Assembly: GCA_003176165.1 (NCBI GenBank)
Contig: PSRQ01000023.1
Span: forward strand, 1 to 55,976
Source: Candidatus Cerribacteria bacterium 'Amazon FNV 2010 28 9'
GTDB lineage: Bacteria > Patescibacteriota > Microgenomatia > UBA1400 > UBA12028
Reading direction: 5' to 3'
DNA length: 55,976 nt
The notes under the pieces were generated by a model. It was not told the DNA's origin. It was given only the letters and a program-made list of their open reading frames with translations, and ran no database searches. Made by a program: the position numbers and the translations under genes. Below are positions 28,805 through 36,214 of this stretch, piece by piece (positions within the stretch are counted from its first letter, which is position 1; each line of letters begins with the position of its first letter).

Positions 28805-29278
28805 TTATTGCAATGAACAAGGAATGAGTCCGGGTGAACAATGGTCGTACGGGGGGCAGATCTTTGCAACTTGATGACCTCCTTTAGCTGTACAATCTGA
28901 AGGTGCTGTGCACCAAGGACTACATTGTGCACTCGAAGAACCACCTCCATTACCACTCAATGTAATATCGGTAATACCAAAGAATTTGAGCAAGATGCCG
29001 TAGAGCGCGAACACTGCTGCAAAGATTGCAAGGCCGATGATAGCTTGTGTGATCATTTCGCGTGCATGTTCTACTTTTCCTTTGTCGCCACCAGCAGTGA
29101 TCCAGTTGAATCCACCGAGTAACAAGTAGAGCAGGACAGCCAGCGCTGCGACGACGAGAATTGCTCCTGCGCCCATCTCAACGAGATGACCCAAATCTGT
29201 TACTTTTGAAATATTGCCAGAAACAGCTTGAGATTGAATATCTAATACATTTTGAGCGATGAGAGTAGATAGAATCAT
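28805..29278 (-). CDS. T4SS pilin paralogue P3 with a Cys-rich C-terminal extension
   Basis: Core LLLGGFNWITAGGDKGKVEHAREMITQAIIGLAIFA. The tail GGGSSSAQCSPWCTAPSDCTAKGGHQVAKICPPYDHCSPGLIPCSLQ has 6 Cys. ATG at 29278 lies 1 nt after the upstream stop. Confidence 0.8.
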   Translation of the reverse strand: MILSTLIAQNVLDIQSQAVSGNISKVTDLGHLVEMGAGAILVVAALAVLLYLLLGGFNWITAGGDKGKVEHAREMITQAIIGLAIFAAVFALYGILLKFFGITDITLSGNGGGSSSAQCSPWCTAPSDCTAKGGHQVAKICPPYDHCSPGLIPCSLQ

Positions 29279-29279
29279 A

Positions 29280-29693
29280 TTAATTAGCACAAGGCTTTCC
29301 TGGTACGCAAGGAGCAGGTGCAGTACCTCCTACTGGTGTAATAGTAACGTTATTTTCGAAAGACGGTTTTAAGAGGGGAATGCCAAGGCGATCACCAATA
29401 AAACCTGTAATAGCTACTGTTCCTACGAGTACAAGCATCCCAATAATCGATTGAGTAATTCTCTCACGAGCCTGTTCGATTTTACCTTTTTCGCCACCGG
29501 CTGTGATCCATTCAAAAGCTCCAATGACAAGCATGATAAGAAGAGCGAGGCCTCCGAGAGTAATGGCAGTCCTCCATACGGTAACAATGATATTTGTGAG
29601 TGCTAGTGCTGGAGCCACTCCACCTTGACCACCAAACGTACCAGTCACCACAGGGTTTGTAATTTCTTCGGATTGTGCAATGAGTGCAAACAT
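29280..29693 (-). CDS. T4SS pilin paralogue P4
   Basis: Core LVIGAFEWITAGGEKGKIEQARERITQSIIGMLVLV. Short C-terminal tail with 2 Cys. Confidence 0.8.
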   Translation of the reverse strand: MFALIAQSEEITNPVVTGTFGGQGGVAPALALTNIIVTVWRTAITLGGLALLIMLVIGAFEWITAGGEKGKIEQARERITQSIIGMLVLVGTVAITGFIGDRLGIPLLKPSFENNVTITPVGGTAPAPCVPGKPCAN

Positions 29694-29697
29694 AAGT

Positions 29698-30087
29698 TTA
29701 TGGTTTTAATGATTGTAATATTCGAGCAGGACTTAAGATGTCAATACCTAGAACACCACCAATGATTCCGGCAATTCCATACGCTGCAATAACGATGATG
29801 AGACCAAGCGCAGCATTCACCATTTGTTGCCTTGCATGCTCAATTTTACCTTTTTCTCCACCTGCAGTAATCCACTCTAGAGCTGCAAAAATGAAGTAAA
29901 TCAAAAACATGAGACCAGCTAGCGTGGTGAGAAAACCTAAGAAAGAAGAGAGGAAATGACTCAATTGATCTCCCGCAGCATTACCAGCACCGACAAGATT
30001 GGTTTCCCCCGCAACTGGAGCAAAGGCAGAAGAGGCGGGTTTTAATTGGCCGAGTGGAATGTTGTTGAGTTGTGCAATCAGTGACAT
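29698..30087 (-). CDS. T4SS pilin paralogue P5
   Basis: Core FIFAALEWITAGGEKGKIEHARQQMVNAALGLIIVI. Confidence 0.8.
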   Translation of the reverse strand: MSLIAQLNNIPLGQLKPASSAFAPVAGETNLVGAGNAAGDQLSHFLSSFLGFLTTLAGLMFLIYFIFAALEWITAGGEKGKIEHARQQMVNAALGLIIVIAAYGIAGIIGGVLGIDILSPARILQSLKP

Positions 30088-30088
30088 A

Positions 30089-30463
30089 CTATGGTCCTAA
30101 TTTTCCGACACCTTGAATGTGTGGGTTTAAGATGAATGTTGCATCTCCAAAGAGCAGGAAACTAACGATCGCTGTAATTGTGAAGGATCCGACGATAATA
30201 ATTAGACCAATTAAGCTGTAGAGAAGTTTATTGTTTGCTTCTTCAGCTGCTTTGGGATTGCCACTTGAACCGAGCCAAGTAAAACCTGCGGAAATGATAT
30301 TAAATGCTCCGAAAAGTCCGGCGACAACTGTAATAACCTTGAGCATGGTATTGATAAAGGGAACAAGTCCTAATCCTGTACCACCACTGAACGCTTGAAG
30401 AGGAGAGGGCTCTGGAAGTTGTCCAAAAATCGAATCAGCGATGAGATGCGGTGGCACAATCAT
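30089..30463 (-). CDS. T4SS pilin paralogue P6 (SSGNPK subtype)
   Basis: Core NIISAGFTWLGSSGNPKAAEEANNKLLYSLIGLIIIV. Confidence 0.75.
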   Translation of the reverse strand: MIVPPHLIADSIFGQLPEPSPLQAFSGGTGLGLVPFINTMLKVITVVAGLFGAFNIISAGFTWLGSSGNPKAAEEANNKLLYSLIGLIIIVGSFTITAIVSFLLFGDATFILNPHIQGVGKLGP

Positions 30464-30472
30464 ACGATTATT

Positions 30473-30826
30473 TTACAACGTTGAGCTAAAAATTGGTACT
30501 CCTGTAATCAGTTCAACCAATCGGACTAACCAGTACGCAACAAAGATAACGACAAAACCAAGAATAGCGCCTGTGATAGCTTGTGTTCCTTTTTCGGTAG
30601 CTTTAGGATTTCCAGCTGAGGAAATGATCATAACTCCACCAAACACAAGATAGAGGAGAAGGATAAAGCCAGCCAGCACAAAAGCGTTTGGGAGGATTAG
30701 CTGAAGAAAATCTTTTACTTGGTTGTATTTCCCCACATCACCTCCAACAGTAGTACCTGTGTTGGGATTTAGAATTAAACTTTTTCCTAAATCAAAGCCC
30801 CCTGAAGACGATTGTGCGAGTAACAT
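30473..30826 (-). CDS. T4SS pilin paralogue P7 (SSGNPK subtype)
   Basis: Core LVFGGVMIISSAGNPKATEKGTQAITGAILGFVVIF. Confidence 0.75.
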   Translation of the reverse strand: MLLAQSSSGGFDLGKSLILNPNTGTTVGGDVGKYNQVKDFLQLILPNAFVLAGFILLLYLVFGGVMIISSAGNPKATEKGTQAITGAILGFVVIFVAYWLVRLVELITGVPIFSSTL

Positions 30827-30856
30827 ATTTTCTATTATTATAATGTTTCTCTAAAA

Positions 30857-32095
30857 TTATTCATTAGGAAAATCAATTTGCCAATCTTCTTGACCAGCTT
30901 CGTTGCCTGTGTCTATTACGACAGAATTTCCTGTTGAATCCCAAATAGCATTCCAAATGTACCATTGACCATTGATTTGTATATTTCTTTGGCCATCTGG
31001 TTGAACAATAGATATGAAGTAAAAAGCATCAATATCTGATCGATACGTTTCGTAAATAATCCACTTTCCACTAGGAGCCCAGACAGCATGGTGACCCGTC
31101 GCTATTGTGCGGACATAATTTCCATTTACGTCTAGAATTATAATGTCATGATCGTGATGTGATGTTGCAATTCCGTAGTCAGAGAGAACAATAAATTTCC
31201 CATCAGGAGACCAAGAAGCAAAACTGTATGGTTTTTCCCAATTATAGCTTTTTAAAACCTTTAAATTAGCTCCATTAATATCCGAAACTATGATCTTACT
31301 TTCTTTAGCATCTTGGTCATATGAAGTTGTAACCAATTTGTTTCCATCAGGGGAAAAAGAAACAAACCCTGAATTTTGGAAGGATCCAACAATTCTGCCT
31401 GAAGGATCTTTAATTATGAGATTCCCATCACCGTCTAATGTAGCAACTTTAGTGGAATCTGAGGATGTTGCAGGGTTGTCCATGTAGTTGGGCCTAGGGT
31501 AGGACGATTTCCCTGAAAGCTTAGTAATCACGGGATTATCAATTTTTACCGGAACTTTAGTATGAATTTCTGTAGGGATTTCGGTTGGAGTAAGAGTATG
31601 TGTTGGTGAGGGTGTACTTGTGGGTACTGCAGCACTCGCTTGTCCGTTTTTGGATTCTGCAATTAGCCCAATACCTACTGCAAGAGCAAGTACAGCCCCA
31701 CCAAAAAGTGCAACAGCCTTGGTATTTATTGGTTGTTGTTTTTGTTCCTCCTCTTGGAGACTAACTGAAATGTTAATAAAATGGGTTGGTCGTCCCTCTA
31801 TCTCTACGCGAATCGTCTCTTCTACTGTTTCTCCTAGTTGGCCTGCAATAGTGGTGTCAACTGTAAAGGAAAAACGAAGAGGGAAGAGTCCATACGCATT
31901 TTTGGGAAGCATCACTTTTGTGGCCCAGGCGGGTTGATCCACCCACCCAAAACTTCCTAACTCTGCCATACTGCTTCCATGTAAATCGAATAAAACGGTT
32001 ACCGTTTCTTTTCTTCCTCTTTGAAAAGGACCAAGCTCTACAAAACGGTTTATTTCATCTGGCTCTTCGTGGTGTCTTTTGTATTCTTTCCCCAT
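30857..32095 (-). CDS. Membrane protein: ~150-aa cytoplasmic domain, TM, Thr/Pro linker, TolB-like beta-propeller
   Basis: PD40-type motifs FSPDGNKLVTT, SWSPDGKFIVLS, VWAPSGKWIIYE. TM is AVALFGGAVLALAVGIGLIA. Start set to the ATG at 32095 so it does not overlap the divergent sigma gene. Confidence 0.75.
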   Translation of the reverse strand: MGKEYKRHHEEPDEINRFVELGPFQRGRKETVTVLFDLHGSSMAELGSFGWVDQPAWATKVMLPKNAYGLFPLRFSFTVDTTIAGQLGETVEETIRVEIEGRPTHFINISVSLQEEEQKQQPINTKAVALFGGAVLALAVGIGLIAESKNGQASAAVPTSTPSPTHTLTPTEIPTEIHTKVPVKIDNPVITKLSGKSSYPRPNYMDNPATSSDSTKVATLDGDGNLIIKDPSGRIVGSFQNSGFVSFSPDGNKLVTTSYDQDAKESKIIVSDINGANLKVLKSYNWEKPYSFASWSPDGKFIVLSDYGIATSHHDHDIIILDVNGNYVRTIATGHHAVWAPSGKWIIYETYRSDIDAFYFISIVQPDGQRNIQINGQWYIWNAIWDSTGNSVVIDTGNEAGQEDWQIDFPNE

Positions 32096-32183
32096 ATATG
32101 ACCTTATATAATAAATCAAGGCGTGATTATAGGTATGTCTCGATGTGAAGTCAAGAGAAGAGAGAAAAGTGTACAATAGGTAC

Positions 32184-32732
32184 ATGTTTGGTACTGATAC
32201 TCCGTCGTTTATCAATGCAATGAAGAAAGGTGAGCAGCGGGCTATCCGAGCATGGTACACCACATATGCTCCCAAGCTTGCTTCTTTTTTTTCATCGCGC
32301 ACTCGTGTGGCGAGTGATGTCGATGAGCTTGTCCATGATACATTTCTTTCGTGCCTTTCCTCACTTCCGCTTTTCCGTGCGGAAAGTGGCTTGTGGTCGT
32401 GGATGATGGGGATTGCGAGACATGAATTGTCGGATTATTACCGCAAGTTGTATGCAAAACGAGTCATCCATGCGTTACCACTTGGAGACACGCTTTTGGA
32501 AGCAGCAGAAAAACAAACATCAGGAAAGCATGAGGATACACTCGCGACACTGGCACGTTTGCCCAAGACAGTGGCAGAGCTTTTGCGCCTCAAGTATATC
32601 GATAAACAACCTGTGGAGCAGATCGCACAAGCGTTGTCGATCGAGCCGCACGCAGTGCAGGGGAGGTTGTACCGGGCGCGAAAAGCATTTAAAAAACTCT
32701 ACGATGAAATAGCAGAAGCAGAAAACACATGA
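32184..32732 (+). CDS. ECF-type sigma-70 family RNA polymerase sigma factor
   Basis: Region 2: DELVHDTFLSCLSSLPLFRAESGLWSWMMGIARHELSDYYRK. Region 4 HTH: LPKTVAELLRLKYIDKQPVEQIAQALSIEPHAVQGRLYRARKAFKKL. Confidence 0.85.
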   Translation: MFGTDTPSFINAMKKGEQRAIRAWYTTYAPKLASFFSSRTRVASDVDELVHDTFLSCLSSLPLFRAESGLWSWMMGIARHELSDYYRKLYAKRVIHALPLGDTLLEAAEKQTSGKHEDTLATLARLPKTVAELLRLKYIDKQPVEQIAQALSIEPHAVQGRLYRARKAFKKLYDEIAEAENT

Positions 32733-32968
32733 AATCACGTGATCCTTTTTTACAAGAACTTGAACTGCGAGCCAAAGAGCAGGCCCGTATTGCGCAGTCT
32801 TCTCGATTACCACAAGTTGTGCGTCCTTTCGCAGCCTTGTTTGGTGAGAGGTCTTGGCAGATGCTCCTGGGCATATCTTTTATACTCGCTGGCGTACTTG
32901 CGACTTGGTCATTTCGCTTTCTGTATATGATGTATGAGAAAGGAGTGTTGCAATGGCTCGTACGGTAG
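32729..32968 (+). CDS. Small single-TM protein, positional candidate anti-sigma factor
   Basis: ATGA overlap with the sigma-gene stop. 79 aa with one TM (MLLGISFILAGVLATWSFRFL). No ZAS motif. Confidence 0.5.
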   Translation: MKSRDPFLQELELRAKEQARIAQSSRLPQVVRPFAALFGERSWQMLLGISFILAGVLATWSFRFLYMMYEKGVLQWLVR

Positions 32969-33291
32969 TCAAGCGTGCAACAGAGGTCGTGGTTCCCGAA
33001 GTGGTGCTCAGCTACCACATCGGGGTAGTGGCAGTGGGGTTACTGCGTCATCCCTATAAAACGGTACAAGATGTTGTGCGTTCCAAAATTCCGGGAATTA
33101 TTATTCTTTTTCCCATATTTGTGTGGATGGTAGCGAGTATTATCCTTCGTGTTTTTGACGATCTTTTCTTTGCATTTATCCCGTTTATTGGTTTCTGGTG
33201 GTTCTTTTTTGTATGGGTGAGTGTGTTTACACTTTTGTGGCAAATTCTTCTTCTGTACCTGTATTTTCGTTTTTCAAGTGTGATGAAGTAA
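32953..33291 (+). CDS. Small polytopic membrane protein
   Basis: 112 aa with 3 hydrophobic helices. Overlaps the preceding ORF by 16 nt, consistent with an operon. Confidence 0.5.
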   Translation: MARTVVKRATEVVVPEVVLSYHIGVVAVGLLRHPYKTVQDVVRSKIPGIIILFPIFVWMVASIILRVFDDLFFAFIPFIGFWWFFFVWVSVFTLLWQILLLYLYFRFSSVMK

Positions 33292-33300
33292 GCTGTTCTC

Positions 33301-33465
33301 GTCATCCCTGACGCGAATGAACATAAGTTTACGAATGTTCTTTTCGAGTATCAGGGATCTTTTAACACGTAACTATACTGTTATTTTTTTTTACTTATTT
33401 TGCACGAATTGCATAAAGATCCCGGCTACTTGACTGCACCGAAGGTGCGTCACGGCCGGGATGAC
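33301..33465 (+). repeat. Family-1 composite MITE-like element, copy 2
   Basis: gtcatccctgacgcg...cgagtatcagggatcttttaac - spacer - aaagatcccggctacttgactgcaccgaaggtgcgtcacggccgggatgac. Confidence 0.8.
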
Positions 33466-33546
33466 AAAACGACAGGACAGATTGTTGGGCGAGTGATTTG
33501 ATATCTTCTTTGCGACTTCACCTGTATCTGTAGAAAAAGGAGGCGT

Positions 33547-33750
33547 ATGGGTGTCGAACAACATGTAGCGCAGAATTGGCGAAATCAGCGTGAACGTTAT
33601 AATTTGTTGGCAAGAAATTGTCTAGGTTGTGGTGAAACAATATTGGCGGGACGGCAAGTATGCTCCAAGTGTTCAACAGCTGAGAGTAAACAAACAACAC
33701 TACCCTTTGAACCAATCCCTATTCCTTTTATTGAAAAGGCAGCTCGATAG
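33547..33750 (+). CDS. Small zinc-ribbon protein (resembles the N-terminal Zn-ribbon of DUF35 proteins)
   Basis: AAGGAGG 6 nt upstream of the ATG. RYNLLARNCLGCGETILAGRQVCSKCS is a CxxC...CxxC ribbon. No OB-fold part follows. Confidence 0.55.
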   Translation: MGVEQHVAQNWRNQRERYNLLARNCLGCGETILAGRQVCSKCSTAESKQTTLPFEPIPIPFIEKAAR

Positions 33751-33761
33751 AAAGGAAATAT

Positions 33762-33932
33762 ATGGCAATACAAGAACAACTCACTGAAGTAGGACAAGAA
33801 TTTGACAAAAAAACATATGAAGAAGTAATGCAGCAGCTACGTTTGCAAGTTATGGCTATGATTGAGCATGTCTCTGTTCATGAACCGATCAGGCCTGAAG
33901 ATCAACCAACTGATGAGAACGAAATCATGTAG
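33762..33932 (+). CDS. Possible 56-aa acidic protein (below the ORF-track cutoff)
   Basis: ATG at 33762 preceded by aaagga. Translates MAIQEQLTEVGQEFDKKTYEEVMQQLRLQVMAMIEHV... and stops 3 nt before the next gene. Confidence 0.3.
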   Translation: MAIQEQLTEVGQEFDKKTYEEVMQQLRLQVMAMIEHVSVHEPIRPEDQPTDENEIM

Positions 33933-33935
33933 CCT

Positions 33936-34760
33936 ATGTCTTCCTCTCTTGTCTTCCTAAAACTGGGTGGTGCGGTGATTACCAACAAAGATATCCCTGA
34001 ATCTGTGCGGGAAGGAGTGTTATCACGGTTGATCGGTGAGATTGCTCGTGCACGCAAAGAAAAAGATATGACGTTGGTACTTGGGAATGGTGCAGGAAGT
34101 TTCGCGCATGTACCGGCAGCGCGGTATAAAACGATGGATGGATTTATCCACCCGGAAAGTCGGATGGGCATGGCGATCACGCAAGACGCTGCGGCACGAT
34201 TAAATCGTATTGTCGTGAACGAGTGCTTGAAGCATGAAATTCCCGCGCTCACACTTGCTCCCTCCAATACTCTGGTTACCTCAAAAAAAGAAATGCACGA
34301 TTGGTGTGGTGCATGTTTGGAAACATATCTAGAGCAGGGAATGGTTCCAGTAACATATGGAGATGTTCTCGCGGATACACAACAAGGTTGCACTATTTGG
34401 TCAACGGACAAAGTATTTGCTTTCTTGGCTCGCCAATGTATGAAAAAGGGAATGACTGTCTCTACCATAATCCATGTGACGGAAGCAGAAGGGGTATGGA
34501 AATCAGGGGTTGGCGATCAGAGGTTGGGGGATAGAAAACCAATTTACCCAATTATTACGTCTGCGATGCAAGAAGAAGTGAAAGCCGCAATGGTTGATAC
34601 CAAAGGATTTGATGTGACTGGTGGCATGTGGCACAAAATTGAAGAGTCTCTCTTGTTGGCAAATGAAGGTATCCAGACACGTATCATTTCTGGATTGGTG
34701 AAAGACAATGTATATAAAGTACTGATGGGTGATGAGAAAATTGGAACGACAATTCGGTGA
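33936..34760 (+). CDS. Isopentenyl phosphate kinase (amino-acid-kinase fold)
   Basis: FLKLGGAVITNK, VLGNGAGSFAHVPA, GDVLAD, FDVTGGMWHKIEE and a C-terminal VYKVLMGDEKIGTTI parallel the archaeal IPK signature blocks (KLGGS.IT.K / GGGSFGH / DVTGGM). Confidence 0.8.
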   Translation: MSSSLVFLKLGGAVITNKDIPESVREGVLSRLIGEIARARKEKDMTLVLGNGAGSFAHVPAARYKTMDGFIHPESRMGMAITQDAAARLNRIVVNECLKHEIPALTLAPSNTLVTSKKEMHDWCGACLETYLEQGMVPVTYGDVLADTQQGCTIWSTDKVFAFLARQCMKKGMTVSTIIHVTEAEGVWKSGVGDQRLGDRKPIYPIITSAMQEEVKAAMVDTKGFDVTGGMWHKIEESLLLANEGIQTRIISGLVKDNVYKVLMGDEKIGTTIR

Positions 34761-34764
34761 CTTT

Positions 34765-34865
34765 GTCATCCCGTACGGCATGGCGAAGCCAGGCGGATAC
34801 GGGATCCAGGCAGAAAGAATATTTAAATTGCTAAGGAGATGGATTCCTGCTTTCGCAGGAATGAC
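34765..34865 (+). repeat. Family-2 composite hairpin repeat, copy 1
   Basis: gtcatcccgtacgg...ggatacgggatccagg - spacer - ggattcctgctttcgcaggaatgac. Its translation (WIPAFAGMT) falsely extends the uppS ORF in the track. Confidence 0.75.
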
Positions 34866-34893
34866 AAGAAAAAAATCATTTATAATACCTCCT

Positions 34894-35616
34894 ATGACTT
34901 CAAGCACAACAATTCCTCATCATGTAGCCATCATCATGGATGGTAATCGCCGGTGGGCGCGCTCCCATGGGTGGCAGGCGATCAAAGGGCATGAGTATGT
35001 CGTGGATCACATCCTTGAGCCGCTCGTGGATCGCTGTATTGAACTTGGAATTGAGTATCTTACGCTCTGGGCATTTAGTACAGAAAATTGGCAGCGGGAT
35101 CGTCTGGAACTGGAAGGAATGATGCAACTTTTTCGTCGTGCCTTTACACACAAAATTGAAGAGCTCAATGCCAAAGGCGTGCGATTTCGCATCATTGGGA
35201 ATATTGATAAGTTCCCCAAAGATATTGCTATTCAAGCAAAAGATTGGGTAGAAAAAAGTGCACACAATACAAAAATCACAGTAAATTTTGCACTTAATTA
35301 TGGTGGCAGGGAAGAAATACTTGGTGCTGTTAATGCGATTCTAAAAGAGAGAGAAGAAGAGAAGAAGAGAGGGAGAGAAAACGATGAATTAGTTGGTTCA
35401 CAGGAGTTTGAATCACATCTTTCAACCGCGGGGATTCCTGATCCGGACCTCATCATTCGTCCCGGCGGACAATTGCGACTTTCTGGCTTTTTACCTTGGC
35501 AATCTGTCTATTCAGAGCTTTACTTTACTGATGTGTTGATGCCAGAGTTTACGGTTGAAGAATTGGATAAAGCGTTGGAAGATTACGCGAACAGGCAACG
35601 AAGGTTTGGAAAATAA
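34894..35616 (+). CDS. uppS: Undecaprenyl (isoprenyl) diphosphate synthase, cis-prenyltransferase
   Basis: HVAIIMDGNRRWA, LTLWAFSTENWQR, ALNYGGREEI, IRPGGQLRLSGFLPWQSVYSELYF. Start moved to the ATG at 34894, downstream of the repeat. Confidence 0.92.
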   Translation: MTSSTTIPHHVAIIMDGNRRWARSHGWQAIKGHEYVVDHILEPLVDRCIELGIEYLTLWAFSTENWQRDRLELEGMMQLFRRAFTHKIEELNAKGVRFRIIGNIDKFPKDIAIQAKDWVEKSAHNTKITVNFALNYGGREEILGAVNAILKEREEEKKRGRENDELVGSQEFESHLSTAGIPDPDLIIRPGGQLRLSGFLPWQSVYSELYFTDVLMPEFTVEELDKALEDYANRQRRFGK

Positions 35617-35649
35617 TCTACTTAGTGGTTTTTCAAGTTTCTTTTTTTA

Positions 35650-35800
35650 GTCATCCCGGCCATGGCTCTGCGACGCAGAAGCCAAGTAGCCGGGATCTTT
35701 TTGGAATTCGCGCTCTACAATTCAATCCTCACTTGTTAAAAGATCCCTGATACTCGGAATGATCCATCGTAAACTCAGGATCATCCGCGTCAGGGATGAC
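35650..35800 (-). repeat. Family-1 composite MITE-like element, copy 3 (inverted orientation)
   Basis: Its reverse complement aligns module-for-module with 33301-33465 and 28031-28175, ending gcgtcagggatgac. Confidence 0.8.
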
Positions 35801-35845
35801 GAAGTACAAGAATAGTAAGAAAAATAAAAATGCGGAGAAGTAAAA

Positions 35846-36205
35846 CTATCCAACGATACTCACTCCGAGAATGAGCTCGACGATACGCGCGAGCCAGTAG
35901 GCGCAGAAGATAATAAGAAACCCAACCAAAGCAGTGGTGATACGTTGTCTGCCTGCTTCTTGTTGTTTGGGATTGGTGGCTCCGGTGAGCATTTCAAATC
36001 CTCCCCACACAATCATGACAAAGAGAATGAGACCTGCGGCTGTAAACAAGTAGGGCATAAGGGAAGTGATGATGCCACGAGGAGTGACTTGATCGGGAGG
36101 CACGGCGTTTTTATCCGAGAGCGCTTTCCCGCCAGTGCCAAAAATTGCATTGTTCACGTTGGTGAACAAATCTTTGGTGCTGAGTGATGAATCTGCAAGC
36201 AACAT
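35846..36205 (-). CDS. T4SS pilin paralogue P8 (SSGNPK subtype)
   Basis: Core IVWGGFEMLTGATNPKQQEAGRQRITTALVGFLIIF. Confidence 0.75.
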   Translation of the reverse strand: MLLADSSLSTKDLFTNVNNAIFGTGGKALSDKNAVPPDQVTPRGIITSLMPYLFTAAGLILFVMIVWGGFEMLTGATNPKQQEAGRQRITTALVGFLIIFCAYWLARIVELILGVSIVG

Positions 36206-36214
36206 ATATTTCCT

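Noticed and set aside
34729-34893. N-terminal extension of the uppS ORF (MMRKLERQFGDFVIPYGMAKPGGYGIQ...WIPAFAGMT)
   Set aside because: This stretch is the translation of the family-2 repeat, and the same WIPAFAGMT peptide appears in the ORF at 39167. The conserved UppS sequence begins after the ATG at 34894. The same logic was applied to the ORF starts at 41543 and 55624.
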